Part shown: positions 1 through 8,286 of the stretch, piece after piece
How the letters are laid out: every line of letters starts with the position of its first letter
Position numbering within the stretch: position 1 is the first letter of the stretch
Assembly: GCA_035649995.1 (NCBI GenBank)
Contig: DASRIM010000061.1
Coordinates: forward strand, 1-62,771
DNA: 62,771 nucleotides
Source: Pyrinomonadaceae bacterium
GTDB taxonomy: Bacteria; Acidobacteriota; Blastocatellia; Pyrinomonadales; Pyrinomonadaceae
Direction: 5' to 3'
The notes under the pieces: model-generated
What the model was told of the DNA's origin: nothing
Databases searched by the model: none
The model's input: only the letters and a program-made list of their open reading frames with translations
Position numbers and translations under genes: made by a program

Positions 1-347
1 TGAATCACTCCTCCATACGCGCACATCAGCTTGCAGTTGTTGTCGAGCGCCGGCATGTTGCCGATCAGGACCGTGGGCGCGCCCGGCACCCACGGCGCGG
101 GAATCACGGGAATGCAAGGCATCGGAGTCAACGCACCCAAAGCAGCGGCCGTCGCGGACGCCACAGTTGGGTTCGCCAGCGACGAACACATGCCGAACGG
201 CATGATGTTGACGAGCGGTTTGTTGTCCATGATGTTGGCGTCCGGCGTGCTCGTGAGCGTGCGCTTGTCAGGCAGCACGACGAGCGTGCTCGGCGCCGCG
301 CCGAAGCTGCACTGCAACGTCGCGCCCATGCATACTTGAAACGGCAT
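1..347 (-). CDS. DUF4280 PAAR-like T6SS spike-tip protein (3' end cut by window edge)
   Basis: Absent from the ORF track because it runs off the left edge. My reverse-complement translation from the ATG at 345-347 gives MPFQVCMGATLQCSFGAAPSTLVVLPDKRTLTSTPDANIMDNKPLVNIMPFGMCSSLANPTVASATAAALGALTPMPCIPVIPAPWVPGAPTVLIGNMPALDNNCKLMCAYGGVI. This is the Cys/Gly pattern I recognise as DUF4280. It starts 12 nt after the vgrG stop. Confidence 0.8.
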   Translation of the reverse strand, partial: MPFQVCMGATLQCSFGAAPSTLVVLPDKRTLTSTPDANIMDNKPLVNIMPFGMCSSLANPTVASATAAALGALTPMPCIPVIPAPWVPGAPTVLIGNMPALDNNCKLMCAYGGVI

Positions 348-359
348 AATTTCGGACCT

Positions 360-2267
360 CTAGTTAATCTTCACCATTGAGCCCTTGATCGTCGTGATGC
401 CGCCGCTTTCCACAGTGTTCGAGGCTTGTCCTTTATTAGTAATATCCATCTGCGATTCATGCGTCATCGACTGTCCGGACTTGATCGTGACCGAGCCAGT
501 GACGTCGATGGTCAAGTTTCCCGTCACTTTCAATTCATAATTACCACTGATCGTTTGCGTAAAATTTCCCTTGTTCGTGTGCGTCTCGTCGCCCGTTATC
601 GTCAGGCTGCGCGTTCCTTTGACTTCGTAAGTTTCGTTGCCGGTGTCGACCTTAAACGTGCGGTTGCCTTTCGAGACGACGTAAGTGTCGTTGCCTTCCT
701 GGATCGTGGTCGAGCGATCCTGCTTGATGGTGTTGGTTTCGTTGTGCAGCACGCTCTTGGTGCGATCGTTTTCGACGACGATCGTCTGATCTTTCTGGGC
801 GTGGAAGTAGAGTTCCTCGGAGTCTTTCTTGTCCTCGAACCGGATCTCGTTGAAGCCGTTGCCGCCTTTTGAAGAGTTCGTCTTGACCGTGCTCTTCGTC
901 TGCTCGTCAGGAAGCGTGTAAGGAACAGTCTGATCGCTGTTGTAGACGGCGCCAGTGACCAGCGGCTGATCGGGGTCACCTTCTAAATAACTGACTATTA
1001 CTTCCTGACCGATGCGCGGGAGAAAGATTCCGCCCCACTGCTTGCCGGCCCAACCGTAATCCACGCGAATCCAGCACGAACTGTTCTCGTCGTTTGTACC
1101 CAACTGGTCCCAGTGAAACTGGACTTTGACGCGGCCGTACTTATCGGTCCAGATCTCCTCGCCGGCTTTGCCTACGACGACCGCCGTCTGCGTGCCCGAG
1201 ATGCGCGGTTTGGGCGTTACGAGCGGCGGACGAAACGGAACATCCGCCGGAAAGGCGGTGAACGAGTTGGTGTAACTCTCCTGCGTGGCCGCGTGCGAGA
1301 CGGACTGCAACACGTAAGTCTGATTGACGTCGGCGCGATAGTGGTCCTTCAACTCAAACTTGTGCCCCGCGACAAACGCGCGCACGAAGCCGTCGCCGCG
1401 AATGATCTTCTGCGGTTGCTCCAGCGCGTCGAGACGCAGATCCGCGCGCTTCTGTCCGGCGTCTTTCTTCAGAAAACCGCCGGGATACTCGTAAACCTTG
1501 TAAGCCGGCGTATCGCTCTGCGATTGCGACTTCAGGTCCGTGTTCGGCGTCTCGAAGTTGTAGTCGTCGTGAGTGTAGGCACCGCTGACGACCTGCTCTT
1601 CGACCATGCAGCGAATGATCGCGAGGTCCTGCGTGTGGTCGATCAGCGACTGCCGGAAATGGACGGGCGTCGACTCGAGCCCGGGGCACGTCTGATGCCC
1701 GTCGGCGTCGTCGCCGAGCACGAGCGTGTGTTTGTCTGAGCTGTGTTCGAAGTAGTAGAAGATGCCCTCTTCTTCCATCAGGCGCGAGACGAAGTTGAAA
1801 GCGGATTCGTTGTATTGGACGCAATATTCGCGCGTGTCGTAAGTGGCCTTCAGGTCGTTGCGGAAGTCAGTGAAACCGAGATCCGAGAAGACGGCTTCGA
1901 TGATGTCCGGCACGGTCTTGTTTTGAAAGATGCGGCAGTCGCTGGTCTTTGTCAGGAGCCAGAGCCACGGGTGAATATCGGCGAAGTAGCGCGTGAGGCG
2001 CAGGTTCGTTTCCTCCTGCACGAACCGTCCGACGATGCCGTTTAGATAGTGCTCGGTGTCGTTTCCGAGCGTGAGCGTGACGGTGACGGCTTTGCCGACG
2101 ATTGCGGAGAAGTCGATCGCGTTGTCTTCCGAGACCATCTCGAGCGTGAAATGGAAGAGGCCCGAGATCTGTTCTTCGCCGCGGAACGAACGCAGCAAGA
2201 GTTTGTTCGGTCCCAACGGGGTTGTGACCTTCAGTTTGAGATTGTCTTGAATGTAAGCAGAGCTCAT
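360..2267 (-). CDS. vgrG: T6SS spike protein VgrG (TssI), no C-terminal effector extension
   Basis: ORF 360..2405. The internal ATG at 2267 (MSSAYIQDNLKLKVTTPLGPNKLLL) overlaps the tssG stop as ATGA. VgrG hallmarks are present: FHFTLEM, RYFADIHPWLWLL, CVQYNESAFNFVSRLMEEEGIFYYF, VQFHWD and a C-terminal beta-helix repeat run. Confidence 0.93.
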   Translation of the reverse strand: MSSAYIQDNLKLKVTTPLGPNKLLLRSFRGEEQISGLFHFTLEMVSEDNAIDFSAIVGKAVTVTLTLGNDTEHYLNGIVGRFVQEETNLRLTRYFADIHPWLWLLTKTSDCRIFQNKTVPDIIEAVFSDLGFTDFRNDLKATYDTREYCVQYNESAFNFVSRLMEEEGIFYYFEHSSDKHTLVLGDDADGHQTCPGLESTPVHFRQSLIDHTQDLAIIRCMVEEQVVSGAYTHDDYNFETPNTDLKSQSQSDTPAYKVYEYPGGFLKKDAGQKRADLRLDALEQPQKIIRGDGFVRAFVAGHKFELKDHYRADVNQTYVLQSVSHAATQESYTNSFTAFPADVPFRPPLVTPKPRISGTQTAVVVGKAGEEIWTDKYGRVKVQFHWDQLGTNDENSSCWIRVDYGWAGKQWGGIFLPRIGQEVIVSYLEGDPDQPLVTGAVYNSDQTVPYTLPDEQTKSTVKTNSSKGGNGFNEIRFEDKKDSEELYFHAQKDQTIVVENDRTKSVLHNETNTIKQDRSTTIQEGNDTYVVSKGNRTFKVDTGNETYEVKGTRSLTITGDETHTNKGNFTQTISGNYELKVTGNLTIDVTGSVTIKSGQSMTHESQMDITNKGQASNTVESGGITTIKGSMVKIN

Positions 2268-3814
2268 TGTCTGTGATGTAACTGGTTGTAAGCGAGCTCT
2301 TCCGAGTCGTCGCAATTGATATAGGCGTCGATTGTTCGCCTGAGGTTCTGATCGTTGATCATCGCGAACGACAGGTGTTCGCGCCTGATGACGGAGAATT
2401 CGCAATCAGTCAACGCCAGTGCAGTTTCACTGTAAGGCTTGTGTTTGAGCAGCGCGCGCTCACCAAAACAATCACCTTCGCTCAACACGCCGATAACCGT
2501 CTCCTTGCCGTGCTCTTCGGAGCGCGACAGTTGCACCTTGCCGCGCCGGATGATGTACATCGATGTGGCAACTCTGCCTTGCAACGTCACCAGCGTGTTC
2601 TTCTGGACCGTGCGCGTCATGAGTCCGAGCAACGCCGTCTGTTTACTGCGCGGCAGGCGCTGAAGAATGCGGCTCTTGATCGTGCCGGCCTCCGCGCGAA
2701 GCGCATCAGGCGTGATCACGATCGAGGGATTCTCCTGCGCCGGCGGCCAATGGCCGTTGCTCTTGAGTTTTATGTTTCGTGCCGGACCGAGCCATGACGT
2801 CCACGAGAGCGCCGGCTCAGAGTTCAACTCAACAGCCGGAATCTCCTCGGTTCGCAAGACCAGGCGGACGTTGAATTCAAACTCGTCTTTTACGTAGAAA
2901 CGCACGAGGTCGCAGAGCACGCCGAAGCGCCACTCCGTCGGCAGGAAACCCTCGAAGTCGGCCAAACTCAACGGACCAAGTTGAATCTCAAATCGCGCCT
3001 GTTGGTCCCAGACGCGCGTGCCGAGGATCACTGTGTCGTGGCCGAGACGTTGGTTAGTGCCCGACTCGCCGATCGTGGTCCACTGATCTTCCTCGAGATC
3101 GGACCACTTGCCGACAAACTGAGTGGTCTCAACGTCGACTTGAAAATAATCGGTGAGGATCCGCTTCAGTCCAGCCATCGAACGAGGCTGCTGCGCAAGA
3201 ATGCCGGCGTAGTAAAGCAGCGCACGGTCGGGAACCTGCATGCGGCTCTGCAAGCGCGGCGTCCGCATGCCGATCAGTGAATACAGGTAACGCGCGATCT
3301 GATCGTCGCCCGGCGCGACAGAACCAAGACCGACTCGATGATGTTTGCGGATCCGGTAGAGCAGCGAGACTAAACGATGATTGAAAATGTCGAGAAAATC
3401 TTTGAGCGCCTTGTCGTTGTGCGACTCGCGCTGGAGGACCAGTTCGGTGCTGGGAATGTCGAGTGCGCCGAGGCAGCCTGCCAGGCCGAGAAAGTTGACC
3501 GTCATCTCGGCGGGCGCCGTCGGCTGTTCGCGCTGCGGAATGTCCCTCGTGCGTTTGACCTGGGCAATGTCGCTGGCAGGGAAGTCGAGCTTTACTGCCG
3601 ATCGAAAATTGATGATCTCTTTGGCTGGATCCGCGCCCTGGCCCGGCGACGACAATGATTCACCATGTCTCGTGTGAATGATCTCGAGCAGGCGAACGGC
3701 CTGGAAAAAGTCGAAGCGATGACCTTCGGCGAAGAGCCAGTCTTCAACGCCGCCGCTCTTTCCCCAACCGTATTTATTTACAGCAGGACTGTTTCGCCCG
3801 ACATCGGCTCCCAT
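2264..3814 (-). CDS. tssG: T6SS baseplate protein TssG fused to a C-terminal cNMP-binding-like domain
   Basis: The N-terminal ~345 aa look like TssG (FDFFQAVRLLEI, RFEIQLGPLSLADF). Residues ~380-495 show a cNMP-binding beta-roll pattern (MYIIRRGKVQLSR...GVLSEGDCFGERALL...ALALTDCEFSVIRREHL). The frame is continuous, and the gene overlaps tssF by 37 nt and vgrG by ATGA. Confidence 0.85.
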   Translation of the reverse strand: MGADVGRNSPAVNKYGWGKSGGVEDWLFAEGHRFDFFQAVRLLEIIHTRHGESLSSPGQGADPAKEIINFRSAVKLDFPASDIAQVKRTRDIPQREQPTAPAEMTVNFLGLAGCLGALDIPSTELVLQRESHNDKALKDFLDIFNHRLVSLLYRIRKHHRVGLGSVAPGDDQIARYLYSLIGMRTPRLQSRMQVPDRALLYYAGILAQQPRSMAGLKRILTDYFQVDVETTQFVGKWSDLEEDQWTTIGESGTNQRLGHDTVILGTRVWDQQARFEIQLGPLSLADFEGFLPTEWRFGVLCDLVRFYVKDEFEFNVRLVLRTEEIPAVELNSEPALSWTSWLGPARNIKLKSNGHWPPAQENPSIVITPDALRAEAGTIKSRILQRLPRSKQTALLGLMTRTVQKNTLVTLQGRVATSMYIIRRGKVQLSRSEEHGKETVIGVLSEGDCFGERALLKHKPYSETALALTDCEFSVIRREHLSFAMINDQNLRRTIDAYINCDDSEELAYNQLHHRQ

Positions 3815-5643
3815 TTCTTCCAGATCCCTTCGCGCTGTTTGCTCTTAACAATTAACTGCGTGAACGAATTGACCGCGGCGTATGACGCGAGAAAGCGGTT
3901 CAGCACCGCGCCAAACAGAAACCCGCCGCTGCCTTCGTAATAGTCTTCGTCGAGCACGAGCGTCACTTCATTGCCGCGGCAGAAACCACGCCACGGGTCG
4001 TTGCCGATGTGGCGCATGACTTTGCGGCACGACATCTCCTTGATCCCTTCGATCAACTTGTGGTGCGACTCCTTGTGACAGTAGAGACGCAGGATCTCTT
4101 TCAACGCCGGCAAGCTGTCTCTCTCGTCCGACAGCGACAGGTGATTGAGTGACAGATGTGAAACGAGGCGCCACGCGGTTGCGCCGTGCGAAGGCGCCGG
4201 CACCGGATGAGTGGGTTTTCCCAAACACACGATCGGCCGTTCTTTATCGAGGGGCGCGTGCTGTTCCATTTGAAACACAGCGCCGACGGGGAGTTCAGAC
4301 GGGAGATCCCGGTTGGTACATAACGTGTGCGCGTAGACGGTCTGCATCGCAGGCAGACGAGGCTTCAGATCCAGATCGAGAAACGTCAGGACCATCTCCG
4401 TGCCGGGGACGTCCTTGCGTTGCGCCGGCACGCGGCGGCTGTGCCAGAAGGCGCTGTGATTTGAAGTTTCGAGCCGGTGATTGTAGGAGTAGAACGGCTC
4501 GAGCTGCTGCGTCTTGTCCGTGTCGTTTGAAGAAGCCGAGACGGACAGGATCGAGTGAATCTCGGTCGTGCGCTCGCGTCTTTTGTCCGGGATCAGAGGA
4601 TATTCGAGACTGCGGTGATCCAAACGAATCGGTTCGGTCGTCTTCGGAAACAGGTTGATGATCGGCGTGCAGCCGAGGCAGAACGTGTTTTCGTCGATGA
4701 CGAGGTTTTCCGTCGGGCGGCGGTTGAGGAGCAGGAAGACTTCGAACTCGCTCGCTTCGTTGTTCGGCATGAAGTCGAGCAGCGTGTTCGTCTTCTGGCG
4801 GCGTTCGGGATTGCTTTGATCGAAACAAAGATCGAAGAACAGGTACTGTTTTGGAAACGCGAAGTACTCGAGCAGCAGCATGTAGCCCGGATGGACGTTG
4901 GGCGGATGCGGCAGCATGTCGTCGTACGCTTCGAGTCCGACGGGCTGGATGGCGTTCGGCCCGAGGAAAATGGGCGTGCGCGCGCCCGGGATTTGAATAG
5001 CGACGTCGTGGACGTCGCAGAACAGCATCTCGTAAAGCGTCTTGACTGACATCGGATCGCCGTTCAGGTAGAAGCGCAGGCGATCGACGGAGAGTTCGTT
5101 GAGTTTTCCGCCGGGCAGACATTCGACTTTCAGCTTCAGCGCCATCACGGCCTTGCTGTCTGCGTCGATGAAGTTCGAATGGCGTGTGCTTTCGAGAACG
5201 GCGCCGCCGACTTTCAACGGCCACAGCGTAACCGGGTAACAGGTTCGGAAACGACAGAAGACGCCGTTTGCGGCGTCGGCGAAGAGGGAAGTGTGACGAT
5301 CGATCGTGAAGCCGGTCGTCATCTTTCCCTGTTCCGGATCGATGTTGAATTGAGCGATCGCCATCGACGGGATCGGGCTCGTCAGTTGCGGGTACAGAAT
5401 GTTGAGCAGCGCGCTGGTGATGTCGGGAAACTCGCTGTCGATCTCGTGTTGCAAACGTCCGGTCAGGAAGGCGAACGCCTCGATGAGCCGTTCGACGTGC
5501 GGATCGGCGCACTCGTCGCGTCCGAGCTCGAGCCGCTTCGCGACTTTGGGATAGCGTTCCGCAAACACTCCTCCCATGCGGCGCAGGTACGTGAGCTCCG
5601 ACTTGTAGTACTTCAAGAGTTCTTCGTGGCTATTCGCTATCAT
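3778..5643 (-). CDS. tssF: T6SS baseplate protein TssF (ImpG/VasA)
   Basis: 621 aa. The N-terminus LLKYYKSELTYLRRMGGVFAERYPKVAKRLEL...DPHVERLIEAFAFLTGRL is the typical TssF signature. It sits between tssE and tssG. Confidence 0.93.
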   Translation of the reverse strand: MIANSHEELLKYYKSELTYLRRMGGVFAERYPKVAKRLELGRDECADPHVERLIEAFAFLTGRLQHEIDSEFPDITSALLNILYPQLTSPIPSMAIAQFNIDPEQGKMTTGFTIDRHTSLFADAANGVFCRFRTCYPVTLWPLKVGGAVLESTRHSNFIDADSKAVMALKLKVECLPGGKLNELSVDRLRFYLNGDPMSVKTLYEMLFCDVHDVAIQIPGARTPIFLGPNAIQPVGLEAYDDMLPHPPNVHPGYMLLLEYFAFPKQYLFFDLCFDQSNPERRQKTNTLLDFMPNNEASEFEVFLLLNRRPTENLVIDENTFCLGCTPIINLFPKTTEPIRLDHRSLEYPLIPDKRRERTTEIHSILSVSASSNDTDKTQQLEPFYSYNHRLETSNHSAFWHSRRVPAQRKDVPGTEMVLTFLDLDLKPRLPAMQTVYAHTLCTNRDLPSELPVGAVFQMEQHAPLDKERPIVCLGKPTHPVPAPSHGATAWRLVSHLSLNHLSLSDERDSLPALKEILRLYCHKESHHKLIEGIKEMSCRKVMRHIGNDPWRGFCRGNEVTLVLDEDYYEGSGGFLFGAVLNRFLASYAAVNSFTQLIVKSKQREGIWKKWEPMSGETVLL

Positions 5644-5645
5644 GG

Positions 5646-5720
5646 TTTGAAACTCGCTTTATCCGTGTTCCCCATGGGTGTTGCGTTAGCTGATGCTGCG
5701 GACATAGTAGGAACACGGAT
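5646..5720 (-). repeat. T6SS intercistronic element, copy A (tssE-tssF spacer), with an 11-bp inverted repeat
   Basis: The core at 5646-5693 resembles 6217-6266 and contains the identical 15-mer TTTATCCGTGTTCCC (5658-5672). ATCCGTGTTCC (5661-5671) is the exact reverse complement of GGAACACGGAT (5710-5720). The predicted hairpin spans from the tssE stop to 17 nt before the tssF ATG. Confidence 0.6.
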
Positions 5721-6190
5721 TACACGAATTCCGCCGTTCCACTCTTGTTGTTCAGGGTCACGGGAAAGGAGACGGGCTCGGAGTAGAGACCGATTGCCAG
5801 TTCCGCACTGATGTTGAGCCACAACGCCGACTCGGCGCCGAACGCTGGTCCAACTTCGACGCGGACCTGGCGCAGGCGTGGTTCAAATGCCGTAATTGTC
5901 TGGCCGACGATGGAGGCGATCAGCGCGTGATCGTCGGCGTTGTGCGGGGAGAGTGACGAGAAATCCGGAATGCCGTAGTTGACGACAGACCTTTCCTCAT
6001 CGCCGAGCTGGTGCAACGGGATGGAGCAGCGCGTGTTGAGCAGCCGTTCCAGCTCACGCCGCACCGAGGCTCGCAATTGTTTTTGGTTGAGGATGCGCAA
6101 GGGCTGCTCGTCGAGGTGTCCGTCGGAGACGTCCACCAGGCGATCGAAGAGCAGCGCTCGCGCACCCGCTATTGGTTTAGGTTGAGACAT
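5720..6190 (-). CDS. tssE: T6SS baseplate protein TssE (gp25/GPW-like)
   Basis: ORF 5720..6328. The likely start is the ATG at 6190 (MSQPKPIAGARALLFDRLVD...). The motifs LRASVRRELERLLNTR and VVNYGIPDFSSL are typical of TssE. Confidence 0.88.
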   Translation of the reverse strand: MSQPKPIAGARALLFDRLVDVSDGHLDEQPLRILNQKQLRASVRRELERLLNTRCSIPLHQLGDEERSVVNYGIPDFSSLSPHNADDHALIASIVGQTITAFEPRLRQVRVEVGPAFGAESALWLNISAELAIGLYSEPVSFPVTLNNKSGTAEFV

Positions 6191-6266
6191 GGAAACACCA
6201 GAACATAGTGTGCTATTTTGGAATTCGGTTTTATCCGTGTTCCCTATGAGCGCTCGCGTTAGTTGA
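6191..6266 (-). repeat. T6SS intercistronic element, copy B (hcp-tssE spacer)
   Basis: 6217-6266 (TTTGGAATTCGGTTTTATCCGTGTTCCCTATGAGCGCTCGCGTTAGTTGA) aligns with 5646-5693. Shared blocks are TTTATCCGTGTTCCC, ATG and GCGTTAG-yTGA. ACATAGT and a GGAA(A)CAC(C/G)G motif are also shared but in a rearranged order (6191-6209). Confidence 0.6.
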
Positions 6267-6269
6267 ACC

Positions 6270-6755
6270 TTACGCGTTGACGTTCTTGGCCAGGTCCCAC
6301 TTGGTATCGACGTGACCCTGTTCCGCACCCTCGGCTTTCTGAGTGTGGAAGTCCCACGTGATGTGGTTGTAGTTCATGGTTATGGTCTCGACGGGTTTGT
6401 CGCCGCCGCCGCCGCCGATCGACACCGAAGAGAGAACGACGTTCTTCAACGTGTATTTGATTAACGGAATCACCGCGCCCTTGTCGTTACGTCCCACCAC
6501 CACCTCAACGCTCGTGAAGTTATCGCCCTTGCAGCAAGATTCGTTGAGCTTCGGCGACGACTGATCGAGGTACTTGGTGATCGTGAAGTCCTGGTGATTC
6601 GGCTTGCCGGAGGTGCGTTCCGTGTTGCTCACGTCGCCCGTGATCTGCATCGCCACACCATGACTAAACGACAACAGTTCGATTTGAGCTGCGAACTTGT
6701 CCATCGTGCTGGTTCCGGGAATCGCCGGATCCATCTTCATCAACAATACGTCCAT
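6270..6755 (-). CDS. hcp: T6SS tube protein Hcp (TssD)
   Basis: 161 aa, with an Hcp1-family pattern (IELLSFSHGVAMQ, QDFTITKYLDQSSPKL, YTLKNVVLSSVS). There is a strong SD (AAGGAGG) upstream of the ATG. Confidence 0.93.
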   Translation of the reverse strand: MDVLLMKMDPAIPGTSTMDKFAAQIELLSFSHGVAMQITGDVSNTERTSGKPNHQDFTITKYLDQSSPKLNESCCKGDNFTSVEVVVGRNDKGAVIPLIKYTLKNVVLSSVSIGGGGGDKPVETITMNYNHITWDFHTQKAEGAEQGHVDTKWDLAKNVNA

Positions 6756-6771
6756 AAATCCTCCTTAAGGG

Positions 6772-8286
6772 TTACGCAGCCGCGGGTGGCGGCAGTTCGG
6801 CGACGAGACGGATCGAAGCCGTGAGCTCATCGAGTTGGAAGTGCGGGCGCAGGTAGACGACCGCCTTGTAAACGCCAGGCTTGCCCACGACGTCTTCGAC
6901 GTCGATGCGGGCTTCGCGCAGCGGATACGAGGCCTTCGAGCTCTGCGACGCACGGTCGTCGAGCAGGACGTAGTCCGCGATCCACTTGTTCAAGTAGTCG
7001 GAGACGTTCTCCTTCGTCATGAAACTGCCGACCTTGTCGCGCATCATCGCCTTGATGTAGTGCGCGAAGCGGGAAGCGGCCATGACGTACGGCAGTTGGC
7101 TCGACAGACGGGCGTTCGCCGTCGCTTGCGGATCCTGGTAGACCTTCGGCTTCTGCGCAGTCTGTCCGCCGAAGAACGCCGCGTGATCGGTGTTCTTGCG
7201 ATGGACCAGCGTGATGAAACCGAGATCGTTCAGCTCCTTCTCGCGGCGATCGGTGATGGCCACTTCAGTCGGGCACTTCAACACGACGTCGCCTTCATCG
7301 GTCCTGAAGTTGATAGCCGGAAGTCCTTCGACGAGGCCGCCGCCTTCGACTCCGCGAATCGCAGCCGTCCACTTGTACAGCGCAAACGCGTTGGTGATGC
7401 GTTCCGCCAAAGCGTACGCGGCGTTGCCCCAGCAGTAGTCTTTGGGCTGACCGTTGACCTCTTCCTGGAAGTCGACTTCATCGGCAGGCAGGCGGCCGGT
7501 GATCCGTTGCTTCTCGTCTTCGCCCTTCTGATTCGGACGAACGTCCTTGCCGTACGGCGAGCGAAGCAGGAAGTGCGGCAGACAGAGCGCGACGTAACGC
7601 GAGTCTTCGCTGTCGCGGAATGATCTCCACGGCACCAGCTCGGTGCTTTCGAACAACTTCGCGAGATCGCGAGGATTGCCGAGCTCGTCGAAGGAGTCCA
7701 TGTCGAACATCTGCGGAGCTGCTGCCGCGATGAACGGAGCATGCGCGGCCGCGGCCACGTTCGACATTTTCTCCAGCCACTTGATGTCCTGCGGGCTGCG
7801 GCCAAACTCGTAGTCGCCGATCAGCACGCTGTAAGGGCTGCCGCCGAAAGTGCCGTACTCTTCCTCGTAGATCTTCTTGAACTGCGCGCTCTGGTCGAAC
7901 TCGACCGCGCGTTCGAGATCCTTTTGAATCTCGTCTTTCGTGGCGTTCAAAAGACGAAGCTTCAGCATCGTGCCGGTCTCGGCGCGGCTGACGAGGTAGT
8001 GAAGTCCGCGCCACGACGATTCGAGCTTGCAGAACGCGTCGTGATGCATCACTTCGTTGAGCCCTTCGTTGACTTCCTGATCGAGGGCGGCGATGCGCTT
8101 GTTGATTGAGCCCACGAGGTCTGACTCGGTGGTGAGCTCGATCTCTTTCGCCTCGACGGCGGCGATCAGTTCCGACACGGCTTCGATAGCCTGCCGCGCC
8201 TGCGTGTGATCGCGGACGATTTTCGAGTCGAGGGTTTGGTGGAACGTTTCCAGTTTGTCCAGCAGTTCTTTTTCTGAGGTGCTCAT
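6772..8286 (-). CDS. tssC: T6SS contractile sheath large subunit TssC (VipB)
   Basis: 504 aa. It shows TssC motifs (GDYEFG, LLRSPYG, SRFAHYIKAMMRDKVG, YLRPHFQLDELTASIRLV). The start overlaps the tssB stop (TAATG). Confidence 0.95.
   Translation of the reverse strand: MSTSEKELLDKLETFHQTLDSKIVRDHTQARQAIEAVSELIAAVEAKEIELTTESDLVGSINKRIAALDQEVNEGLNEVMHHDAFCKLESSWRGLHYLVSRAETGTMLKLRLLNATKDEIQKDLERAVEFDQSAQFKKIYEEEYGTFGGSPYSVLIGDYEFGRSPQDIKWLEKMSNVAAAAHAPFIAAAAPQMFDMDSFDELGNPRDLAKLFESTELVPWRSFRDSEDSRYVALCLPHFLLRSPYGKDVRPNQKGEDEKQRITGRLPADEVDFQEEVNGQPKDYCWGNAAYALAERITNAFALYKWTAAIRGVEGGGLVEGLPAINFRTDEGDVVLKCPTEVAITDRREKELNDLGFITLVHRKNTDHAAFFGGQTAQKPKVYQDPQATANARLSSQLPYVMAASRFAHYIKAMMRDKVGSFMTKENVSDYLNKWIADYVLLDDRASQSSKASYPLREARIDVEDVVGKPGVYKAVVYLRPHFQLDELTASIRLVAELPPPAAA

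Noticed and set aside
31-339. 102-aa plus-strand ORF at the left edge
   Set aside because: It is the antisense shadow of the DUF4280 PAAR-like gene (1-347, minus strand). That gene has a clear family signature and sits 12 nt after vgrG. The plus-strand product is Gly/Ala/Met-rich with no motif.
2268-2405. N-terminal extensions offered by the ORF track (vgrG to 2405, tssE to 6328, tssA to 10149, DUF2231 from 25689, DUF2071 from 27225, cphA from 28392, PEP-CTERM from 38705, and others)
   Set aside because: The extensions are Arg/Ser-rich, overlap the upstream gene and lack an SD. Internal ATGs give family-typical N-termini, an SD or stop-start coupling (ATGA/TGATG), so I used the shorter coordinates.
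4295-5512. 405-aa Arg/Ala/Pro-rich ORF inside tssF, and similar ORFs at 7478-8338, 11112-11696, 12764-13660, 26842-27372, 29604-30170, 45324-45851 and others
   Set aside because: These are alternative-frame or antisense ORFs typical of GC-rich DNA. They lie entirely within genes that have strong family signatures, and their composition is dominated by Arg, Ala and Pro.
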